Assembly: GCA_964580435.1 (NCBI GenBank)
Contig: CAZOKP010000005.1
Coordinates: 5,613 to 69,167, forward strand
From: an uncultured Eubacteriales bacterium
GTDB lineage: Bacteria > Acidobacteriota > Aminicenantia > Aminicenantales > UBA8522
Reading direction: 5' to 3'
Length of the DNA: 63,555 bases
Both the position numbers and the translations under genes were made by a program. A model generated the notes under the pieces. It was given only the letters and a program-made list of their open reading frames with translations, was not told where the DNA came from and searched no databases. Numbering within the stretch: the stretch's first letter is position 1; every line of letters begins with the position of its first letter. Positions 56,308 to 63,555 of this stretch are shown here, one piece after another.

Positions 56308-58439
56308 CCAATTATCTTCCTCCGTTTCTGCTCGGGTTTCTGGCCACTTCCTTCCAAATCCTGCTGCTGCGGGAATTCTCCGCCCATTTCTACGGGAATG
56401 AAATGATGATCGGAATCGTCCTGGCCTCCTGGCTTCTCTGGGGAGGTCTCGGCAGCCTAACGGCTCCGAAAATTAAGTTCAAGGCAAAGCATCTGCCGTA
56501 TATTTATGGCCTGGTCATTCTTCTCTTCCCCGTCTCGCTCATAGGCGTCAGGTTTTCCAGATTTATGCTGCATCTTCTTCCCGGTGAGCTCACCGGAATG
56601 ACTTCCGTCCTCTTCATCTCTCTCGGTTTTTGTTTTCTCGTCAGTTTTCCTTTAGGAATCCTTTTTGTCTTCAACGTCAGCCGCATCGGAGGCCGGATTA
56701 CTCAGGTCTATATATTTGAATCGCTCGGCGCCGCGACGGCAGGATTGATCGTTCACTGGCTTCTCGTCCCTTATTTCTCCGCCTGGCTGGCCGTTTCTCT
56801 GGTCGGCGCGGCGGGCGCTCTGTTCATCTCCTTCGCAGCGGCAAAAAAGCCGCCGTGGCTCTTTTTGGGGTTTATCCTGGTTTTCCTGGCAGGATTCGGC
56901 CTCTTTGACCTTCCCAGTCAAAAGATCTACTGGAAGCCGTTCAATCTTATCGCCAGCAAGGACACCCGTTACGGAAGGCTCCAGGTCATCCAAACCCAGG
57001 AACAAATTTCTCTCTACAGCAACGGCTTCCAGGCCTATTCGTATCCAAATCCTGCCGCCGCCGAGGAGTCCGTCCATTTTGCCCTGCTTCAAAATCCGGA
57101 GGCTCGATCTGCACTCCTCATCGGGGGCGGGGCGGGAGGAAGCCTGAAAGAAATGCTCAAATACCCTCGGGTCGAAGTCGATTATGTCGAGTTGGACCCC
57201 GAGATTATCCGCTTATCCCGAAGATTTTTGAGCCCTGAGGAAAGGACTATTTTGGGCGGTGAGCGGGTTCACCTATTCTTTCAAGACGGGAGAGCTTTTC
57301 TCCAGAAATCAGCAAAAAAATTCGAATTCATCATCCTGATCCTGCCGGAGCCAGCCACAGCCCAGCTCAATCGGTTTTACACGAGAGAATTTTTTTGTCT
57401 GGCCAAGGAAAAGCTCGACCCGAACGGCGTTTTTTCCTTTACCGTTCCCTCGGCCGAAAACTATATCAGCCCCGCCCTTCAGCAGTTTCTCTCCTCTCTT
57501 TATTTCACTCTGACAAGCGTTTTCACGGAAGTGAAAGTCGTGCCCGGGGACAGAAATATTTTTCTCGCCTCTTCCCGTCCCCTGTCTCTCAATACTGCTG
57601 ATCTCGGCCAAAGAATCGAGTCCTATCACCTGGACAACCTTTATGTAAACCCTTCCTTTCTCGCGTCCCGGCTTCATTCTCTCAGGGTCGATTACTTGGA
57701 AAGCATGTTGAAGTCAGGAGATAAGAGGCTCAACCGCGACCTTGTTCCCGTGAGCTTTTTTTTTCACGCGGTCCTCTGGAGCACGCAGTTCAATAGCCTG
57801 GACTCAAAGATATTGGGCTCCTTGTCCGGGCTTTCTTTTTTTTGGCTGCTTGATTTCCCTCTTCTTCTCTTTGTGCTCCTGCTTCTTTTTTTATACATCA
57901 AAAGGAAAACAACCAGCTTTTTCTTGACGCCTCTTGTGGTCATGGGCCTGACGACGATCGCAGTGGAAATCATTCTGCTCGTCTGGTTTCAAGCGCTCTA
58001 CGGCTATCTTTATGGGCGGATTGCCCTACTTCTAACCGCCTTTATGTTTGGGCTCTTCCTGGGGAGCCTGGCAAGCTCAAGAATCAAAGACGCATCGTTC
58101 AGACATCTCATTATTGTCCAGTCCGGGTTTCTGGTCGTCCTGGTTCTTTTTCAGCTGACCCTGGAGGCAGCTCCCCCCGAGTTCCTGGCGTTTCTTTTCC
58201 TTCTGCTCTTTGGCTCTCTCGGCGGCGCTCTTTTTATCGTTTCTAACCGGCTTTATCTCCGAGAAAAAAGCAATTACGGAATCGGCTATGGACTCGACCT
58301 GGGGGGCTCTTTTCTCGGGGCCTTTGTGACTTCTTCCGTTCTAATCCCCCTCGTCGGATTGCCCCTTCTTTTGAGATATCTCCTTCTCCTGAATTCTTTT
58401 TGCTTTCTGTTCCTTCTGCTCCGCCCCAAAAATCCTTGA
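56304..58439 (+). CDS. Polytopic membrane protein with central spermidine-synthase-like SAM-binding domain
   Basis: TTG start overlapping the rSAM stop; about 7 TM, LLIGGGAGG/VELDPE/DGRAFL domain, then about 6 TM. Confidence 0.85.
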   Translation: MTNYLPPFLLGFLATSFQILLLREFSAHFYGNEMMIGIVLASWLLWGGLGSLTAPKIKFKAKHLPYIYGLVILLFPVSLIGVRFSRFMLHLLPGELTGMTSVLFISLGFCFLVSFPLGILFVFNVSRIGGRITQVYIFESLGAATAGLIVHWLLVPYFSAWLAVSLVGAAGALFISFAAAKKPPWLFLGFILVFLAGFGLFDLPSQKIYWKPFNLIASKDTRYGRLQVIQTQEQISLYSNGFQAYSYPNPAAAEESVHFALLQNPEARSALLIGGGAGGSLKEMLKYPRVEVDYVELDPEIIRLSRRFLSPEERTILGGERVHLFFQDGRAFLQKSAKKFEFIILILPEPATAQLNRFYTREFFCLAKEKLDPNGVFSFTVPSAENYISPALQQFLSSLYFTLTSVFTEVKVVPGDRNIFLASSRPLSLNTADLGQRIESYHLDNLYVNPSFLASRLHSLRVDYLESMLKSGDKRLNRDLVPVSFFFHAVLWSTQFNSLDSKILGSLSGLSFFWLLDFPLLLFVLLLLFLYIKRKTTSFFLTPLVVMGLTTIAVEIILLVWFQALYGYLYGRIALLLTAFMFGLFLGSLASSRIKDASFRHLIIVQSGFLVVLVLFQLTLEAAPPEFLAFLFLLLFGSLGGALFIVSNRLYLREKSNYGIGYGLDLGGSFLGAFVTSSVLIPLVGLPLLLRYLLLLNSFCFLFLLLRPKNP

Positions 58440-58516
58440 GAGGCGGTTTGACATCATTGCCCTTCTGTGCTAATAGGTAACGCCTTTGGTGTCATATCCA
58501 GATAGTCCCAAAGAGA

Positions 58517-59308
58517 ATGGACGGCTTAGACACAAATCGCGAAAAAGAGAACCTTGTCCTCGTCAACGCCTACTTGACCAATAGCTTGGTCTTGAAAGGG
58601 TTCATCGATTATCTGAGCCGCTTTTTCAACGTCTATTTCATCGACCTTCCGGGTTTCATCCAAGATGTCCCTCCGCTTGCCCAAATCTCCATCGAAAGCT
58701 ATGCCGGATATGTCCAGAAAAGACTTGAACGGCTGAACCTTAAGAGCTTTATCCTCGGGGGCATTTCTTTTGGGTTTCTGGTCGCGAGCCATATGCCGCA
58801 AGATCAAAGATGCAAGGGACTTGTCGCTATCGCTCCTTATATCAATTCCCGCTCGCTCAAGCTGGGATTCCTGAAAATGTCCGTCTACTCGCTCCTTGTT
58901 CATCTGACCCTGACCTTCAACATGTCTACTAAGATATGGGAAAGCCGCCATTTCCATCGGGCTTTTCATTGGTACAGCGACTATCCTGCCGAACGAATCA
59001 ATAACCTTTTGAGCCATATGGACGGGAGGACCTTTTTTGAAACCGCAAGGATCATCCTGGGACACCGCGAGCCCTGCCCCTTTCACGCGTTGCCCTATGT
59101 CCTCATCATCAGTTCTTCCGACAAAACCATCAAGAACGATCCTCTCCTGAAACTTTTTGCGAAGAACGTCGAAAACCTGAAAGTGCTGGAAGTCGGCACG
59201 GATCACTATCCTCTGGATATCAGCGCAGACTATTTTAAGAAAAGAATTCCTGAGGAACAAATCAAAGACATCATTCTTTTTGTCAACGGAAAAGCAGCCC
59301 GGAATTAA
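58517..59308 (+). CDS. Alpha/beta hydrolase fold protein
   Basis: IDLPGF, GISFG nucleophile elbow, late Asp (SDK) and His (TDH). Confidence 0.8.
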   Translation: MDGLDTNREKENLVLVNAYLTNSLVLKGFIDYLSRFFNVYFIDLPGFIQDVPPLAQISIESYAGYVQKRLERLNLKSFILGGISFGFLVASHMPQDQRCKGLVAIAPYINSRSLKLGFLKMSVYSLLVHLTLTFNMSTKIWESRHFHRAFHWYSDYPAERINNLLSHMDGRTFFETARIILGHREPCPFHALPYVLIISSSDKTIKNDPLLKLFAKNVENLKVLEVGTDHYPLDISADYFKKRIPEEQIKDIILFVNGKAARN

Positions 59309-59331
59309 GAGCCCGGGTCGGGCAAATTTTC

Positions 59332-59360
59332 TTGACAGGAAATCAAATTTATGTTTTACT
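59332..59360 (+). promoter_or_regulatory. Sigma-70-type promoter TTGACA-N17-TTTACT
   Basis: Consensus -35, extended TG, upstream of hdrC. Confidence 0.55.
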
Positions 59361-59435
59361 GGAAAGTCATTTTTGGCATGACAATTTCTCAAAGAGATAG
59401 ATATCTCGCCATCCAATCTTGAAAGAGCAAAACAC

Positions 59436-59843
59436 ATGAGAATCAACATATCCAAGAAAAAAATCAGGGACCCTTTTGTCCAAAAGATCGAGGAACTGAG
59501 CGGCCAGAAGCTTCTCGCCTGTTATCAGTGCGGCAAATGCTCAGCTGGGTGCCCCGCGGTGTCCCAGATGGATATCTTGCCCAATCAAATCATCCGCTTC
59601 GCCCAGCTCGGGCTGAAAGAGGAGCTCCTCGAATCCAAATCCATCTGGGTCTGCGCCTCCTGCTACACCTGCAACGTCCGCTGTCCCAAGGGGATAAAAA
59701 TAGCTGAAGTGATGGAAGCCCTCAGGCAGGTCCTGCTGCGCAAAAGATGCGACCATGTCGAAATCCCCAAACTCACCAACGAAGAAAAGGCCAGCGTGCC
59801 AGCCATCGCCTTAATCAGCAATTTCCGGAAATTCACGTCTTGA
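59436..59843 (+). CDS. hdrC: Heterodisulfide reductase subunit C-like 2x[4Fe-4S] protein
   Basis: CYQCGKCSAGCP and CASCYTCNVRCP. Confidence 0.88.
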   Translation: MRINISKKKIRDPFVQKIEELSGQKLLACYQCGKCSAGCPAVSQMDILPNQIIRFAQLGLKEELLESKSIWVCASCYTCNVRCPKGIKIAEVMEALRQVLLRKRCDHVEIPKLTNEEKASVPAIALISNFRKFTS

Positions 59844-59866
59844 CAGAGAGATGTTAAGGAATCACG

Positions 59867-60745
59867 ATGAAAATAAGCTACTACCCGGGTTGCACCTTAA
59901 AAAGCAATGCCAAGAACTTTGAAGACTCCGCGCTATGCTCCTTAAAAGAGCTTGGGGTTGACGTCCAGGAGCTCAAGCGCTGGAACTGCTGCGGGACCGT
60001 CTATTCCCTGGCGACTGACGATCTGATGCATCATCTTGCCTCTATCCGCAACCTGATCCGCGTCAAAGAAGCCCAGACAGATTCGGTGATGACTCTTTGT
60101 GCCATGTGCTACAACACCCTGAAGAGAGTCAACGAGAGGATCAAAGCCGACCCGGAAAGCCTGGAAAAAATCCACAAATTCATGGATGAGGAAAAAGTCT
60201 CCTACGAGGGCGATGTTAAAGTCCGTCATCTGCTGGAACTTTTGCGGGACGATATCAAATTCGAGAACATCACCAGGAAGGTCCGAAAGCCCCTGAAAAG
60301 CCTTAAGGTTGCCAGCTATTATGGCTGCCTTCTGGTCCGTCCCAAAGAGATCGGGTTTGATGACCTGGAAAATCCCCGGATTCTCGACGACCTGATGACC
60401 GCCCTGGGCGCTAAGTCCGTGGATTTCCCGTATAAGACAGAATGCTGCGGTGCTTATCAGACGGTCGATAAGCCCGAAATCATTGCCGAGAGGACATACG
60501 GCATCCTGACCTCCGCCCGGAACCAGGGGGCCGAGGTCGTCGCCGTAAGCTGCCCTCTCTGCGCGTTCAACCTGGATCATCGGCAAAAAGAGACGACTCA
60601 GAAATACTCGGAATTCAAGAAAATGCCGATTCTCTACTTCACCCAAATCATGGCCATCGCTCTGGGGTGTGAGGAAAAAGACCTCCGTTTTGACCTTCAT
60701 TATGTTAACCCCAAGCCGCTGCTCGAACAGAAAGGCTTGATCTGA
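59867..60745 (+). CDS. hdrB: Heterodisulfide reductase subunit B-like (two CCG domains)
   Basis: YYPGC...CCG...CAMC and YYGC...CCG...CPLC. Confidence 0.9.
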   Translation: MKISYYPGCTLKSNAKNFEDSALCSLKELGVDVQELKRWNCCGTVYSLATDDLMHHLASIRNLIRVKEAQTDSVMTLCAMCYNTLKRVNERIKADPESLEKIHKFMDEEKVSYEGDVKVRHLLELLRDDIKFENITRKVRKPLKSLKVASYYGCLLVRPKEIGFDDLENPRILDDLMTALGAKSVDFPYKTECCGAYQTVDKPEIIAERTYGILTSARNQGAEVVAVSCPLCAFNLDHRQKETTQKYSEFKKMPILYFTQIMAIALGCEEKDLRFDLHYVNPKPLLEQKGLI

Positions 60746-60752
60746 GGAAAAA

Positions 60753-61028
60753 ATGATCCACTTTGGCGATCTCAAGGCTAAAAAAGGCACCATTCATATC
60801 AACAAGGAACGATGCAAAGGTTGCGGGTTTTGTGTGGAATACTGTCCCAGGGACGTCCTCGAACTCTCCGAAGAATTCAACAAGAAGGGCTACCATCCGC
60901 CCCGTATCGTAAAAGAAGAAGAATGCTGTTATTGCCAACTCTGTGAAGCGATCTGCCCGGAGTTCGCCCTGTTTGTCACACTCAAGAAAGAGGAGGAAGA
61001 AGGTGAAAAAAGTGAAAGCCGACCCTAA
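60753..61028 (+). CDS. korD: 2-oxoacid:ferredoxin oxidoreductase delta subunit (2x[4Fe-4S] ferredoxin)
   Basis: CKGCGFCVEYCP, KGYHPP, CCYCQLCEAICP. Confidence 0.85.
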   Translation: MIHFGDLKAKKGTIHINKERCKGCGFCVEYCPRDVLELSEEFNKKGYHPPRIVKEEECCYCQLCEAICPEFALFVTLKKEEEEGEKSESRP

Positions 61029-62169
61029 GGGAGTCTTAACCGGATCCCATTATCTGGACGGCGACTTTGCCATAGCCGAGGGCGCGCTGGCAGCCGGCTG
61101 CCGTTTTTTTGCGGGTTACCCGATTACGCCTTCCACGGAAACGGCGGAAAGGTTTGCCGAGCGGATTCCCTTTGTTGGCGGAGTTTTTATACAGATGGAG
61201 GATGAGATTGCCTCTATCACGGCGTTGATCGGAGCCTCCTGGGCTGGCCAGAAAGCCATGACGGTGACTTCCGGACCAGGATTTTCCTTGATGATGGAGA
61301 ATATCGGGCTGGCCTGCATGATGGAAGCTCCGCTTGTCATCGCTAACGTCCAGAGGGGCGGGCCCTCCACGGGGCTTCCCACCCTGGTCGGCCAAGGTGA
61401 CATGATGCAGGTCAAGTGGGGCTCCCACGGCGATTTCAGGATCATCGCCCTCTCCCCCGATTCTCCCCAAGAGTGTTTTGACCTCACCATCAAGGCCTTC
61501 AACCTCGCGGAATTGTACCGGGTTCCTGTTTTTGTCATGACGGACGAGTGCGTCGGCCACATGCATGAAAAAGTCGTGATCCCCGCTGCTGACCAGATCG
61601 AGGTCGTCGAACGGAAATGGTACAAGGGGCCGAAAGACAAGTACCTCCCCTACAAGCCGGACAAAGACAAGGTCCCCTTCATGGTCAAAGCGGGTGACGG
61701 CTACCGCTTCCACACGACCGGACTCACCCATGATGAAAGGGGCTACCCTGCGATTAACGCCGAATGCCAGGATGTCTGCGTCCGCCACCTGGTGGATAAG
61801 ATCGATAATAACGCTGATAAAATCATCGAATACCAAGAAGACCAGACAGACAATGCCGATGTCGTGGTCATATCCTACGGCATCACCTCAAGGGTCGCGA
61901 CCAAGGCGATTCAAGAGGCCAGAAAGTCCGGTATTAAAGTGGGAACCATGCGGTTGATCACAGTCTGGCCTTTCCCGGAGAAACGGATCAAGGAGCTGGC
62001 CAAAAAAGTCAAGGCGTTCGTCATCCCGGAGCTAAACCTGGGTCAGGTCCGCATGGAGGTGGAACGCTGCGCCTTTGGCCAGGCCCCGGCCATCGGAGTA
62101 GGCCATTGCGGCGGCTGGGTCCATGACCCCGATGACATTCTCAAAGCCATCAAGGAGGCAGCCCGATGA
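61003..62169 (+). CDS. korA: 2-oxoacid:ferredoxin oxidoreductase alpha subunit
   Basis: AGYPITPSTE, QMEDEIA, TSGPG, QRGGPSTGLPT; GTG start at 61003. Confidence 0.93.
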   Translation: MKKVKADPKGVLTGSHYLDGDFAIAEGALAAGCRFFAGYPITPSTETAERFAERIPFVGGVFIQMEDEIASITALIGASWAGQKAMTVTSGPGFSLMMENIGLACMMEAPLVIANVQRGGPSTGLPTLVGQGDMMQVKWGSHGDFRIIALSPDSPQECFDLTIKAFNLAELYRVPVFVMTDECVGHMHEKVVIPAADQIEVVERKWYKGPKDKYLPYKPDKDKVPFMVKAGDGYRFHTTGLTHDERGYPAINAECQDVCVRHLVDKIDNNADKIIEYQEDQTDNADVVVISYGITSRVATKAIQEARKSGIKVGTMRLITVWPFPEKRIKELAKKVKAFVIPELNLGQVRMEVERCAFGQAPAIGVGHCGGWVHDPDDILKAIKEAAR

Positions 62170-63035
62170 AAGAAGAACCCCGGCTCGAAGAACGTAACCC
62201 GATAGAGAATTTCTTGAGGATGGACCGCATCCCCCACATCTGGTGTCCTGGGTGCGGCATCGGAACGGTCGTGACCTCTTTTGCCGAAGCCCTGCGCAAG
62301 AGTCAGATCGATTTGAGCAAGGTCGCCGTGGTCTCCGGCATCGGCTGCACTGGAAGGGTCGCCGGCTATGTCAAGCTCGATTCGTTCCACAGCACTCACG
62401 GCCGGGCCATCCCCTTTGCCACCGGACTGAAGTTGGCCAATCCTGAACTCAAGGTCGTCGTTTTCAGCGGCGACGGCGATATCGCAGGCATCGGCGGCAA
62501 TCATCTCATCCACGCCGCTCGGCGCAACATGGACCTCGTGGTCATCTGCGTCAACAACTTCAACTACGCGATGACGGGAGGGCAGGTTGCGCCCACAACA
62601 CCGATTCAGGCCAACCTTTCCACCGCCCCTTACGGCAATTTCGAGTATCCTTTTAACCTGCCTTATCTGGCCGAAGCCTGCGGCGCGACTTATGTGGCCC
62701 GCTGGACGGCTTTGCATCTGCGCAGAGTTACCAAGTCCATCCAGGAGGCGCTGGGCAAAAAGGGTTTCTCTTTCATCGAGGTCATCACGCCATGTGTCAC
62801 CCTTTACGCCCGCCGCAACAGGCTGGGAGACGGGCTCAACCTGATGAAATACTACTACGAGAACTGCGACATCCAACACGGCGCTGATACCCGCACGCTG
62901 GCCATCGACTTTCAAGCGAAATTCGTTGTCGGCAAATTCATCGATAAGGATAAACCGACTTTTCTCGAATGCATGAATACTCATCTGCAGAAAGCCTTGG
63001 GCGAAAAATACGTCCCCTATGGAGTCAAGCCATGA
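62166..63035 (+). CDS. korB: 2-oxoacid:ferredoxin oxidoreductase beta subunit (TPP-binding)
   Basis: WCPGCG, SGIGC, HGRAIP, GDGD, NNFNYAMTGGQ. Confidence 0.94.
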   Translation: MKEEPRLEERNPIENFLRMDRIPHIWCPGCGIGTVVTSFAEALRKSQIDLSKVAVVSGIGCTGRVAGYVKLDSFHSTHGRAIPFATGLKLANPELKVVVFSGDGDIAGIGGNHLIHAARRNMDLVVICVNNFNYAMTGGQVAPTTPIQANLSTAPYGNFEYPFNLPYLAEACGATYVARWTALHLRRVTKSIQEALGKKGFSFIEVITPCVTLYARRNRLGDGLNLMKYYYENCDIQHGADTRTLAIDFQAKFVVGKFIDKDKPTFLECMNTHLQKALGEKYVPYGVKP

Positions 63036-63555
63036 ACGAGATCCGTTTTTCAGGCTATGGCGGGCAGGGCATTATCCGCTGCGGTCTCATCGCCGGAAAG
63101 GCCATCTCCCTGTTTGACAACAAGTACGCAACTATGACTCAGAGCTTCGGACCGGAGGCCCGGGGAAGCGCCTGCAGCTCTCAGGTTGTCGTTTCCGAGG
63201 ACCGCGTGCTTTACCCCTACATCACCCGGCCGGAGATTCTCGTGACCATGTCTCAAGATGCCTACGAAAAGTATGAACCTGATCTCCGGGAAGGCGGCAT
63301 CCTGATCTATGACACGGACCTGGTGAGATTAAAGCCGGCCCGGCCGAAAATCAAGATCTACGGCATCTCCTCAACCCGCTTTGCCGAGGAAATGGGCAAT
63401 CGCATTTTTGCCAACCTAGTTATGCTCGGGTTCTTCACGGCTATCACCAAGGTCGTTACTCCCGAGGCCATGAAAAAGGCCCTTCCTGGACTGGTCCCCA
63501 AGAGATTCTTGGAGCTTAATATCCGGGCTTTCGAAAAAGGCTACAGCTACGGGCT
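63032..63555 (+). CDS. korC: 2-oxoacid:ferredoxin oxidoreductase gamma subunit, 3'-partial (missing from ORF track)
   Basis: My translation from ATG 63032: MNEIRFSGYGGQGIIRCG...QSFGPEARGSACSSQVV; runs off the window. Confidence 0.92.
   Translation, partial: MNEIRFSGYGGQGIIRCGLIAGKAISLFDNKYATMTQSFGPEARGSACSSQVVVSEDRVLYPYITRPEILVTMSQDAYEKYEPDLREGGILIYDTDLVRLKPARPKIKIYGISSTRFAEEMGNRIFANLVMLGFFTAITKVVTPEAMKKALPGLVPKRFLELNIRAFEKGYSYG

Noticed and set aside
1-63555. CRISPR arrays, tRNA/rRNA, riboswitches (including c-di-GMP), IS/integrase, defence genes, selenocysteine read-through
   Set aside because: No regularly spaced repeats, T-loop/CCA signatures, riboswitch cores, transposase motifs or in-frame UGA in conserved frames were seen by eye; an Infernal/tRNAscan run would be needed to exclude them fully

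Overview
A 63.6-kb chromosomal window (moderately GC-rich, compact, diderm: waaA, lpxB, lnt and an Omp85 are present) whose gene content is consistent with an Acidobacteriota/Aminicenantia-like anaerobe (taxonomy is inference). It is mostly housekeeping: rpsO-pnp, proS, coaE, HU, prfB with its programmed +1 frameshift, ribF, pyrR-pyrB-pyrC-rnc and hdrCB-korDABC. I saw no rRNA, tRNA, CRISPR array, integrase or transposase. Three observations stand out. (1) A candidate c-di-GMP regulatory circuit: a near-identical 39-bp upstream element (35/39 identity, TCACCC-N4-GGGTGA-type palindrome abutting a TTGACC -35 box) precedes both a cluster of three PilZ-like genes around a VpsT-like atypical LuxR regulator (31.4-33.7 kb) and, 17 kb away, a hybrid kinase-diguanylate cyclase-Hpt phosphorelay (48.4-53.3 kb). 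(2) A circularly permuted cofactor-independent phosphoglycerate mutase (13.5-15.1 kb). (3) A Tat-signal-bearing AmmeMemoRadiSam-type radical SAM enzyme clustered with DUF362 and a degenerate membrane spermidine-synthase-like protein (53-58 kb). Family assignments come from motif recognition only; no database searches were run.
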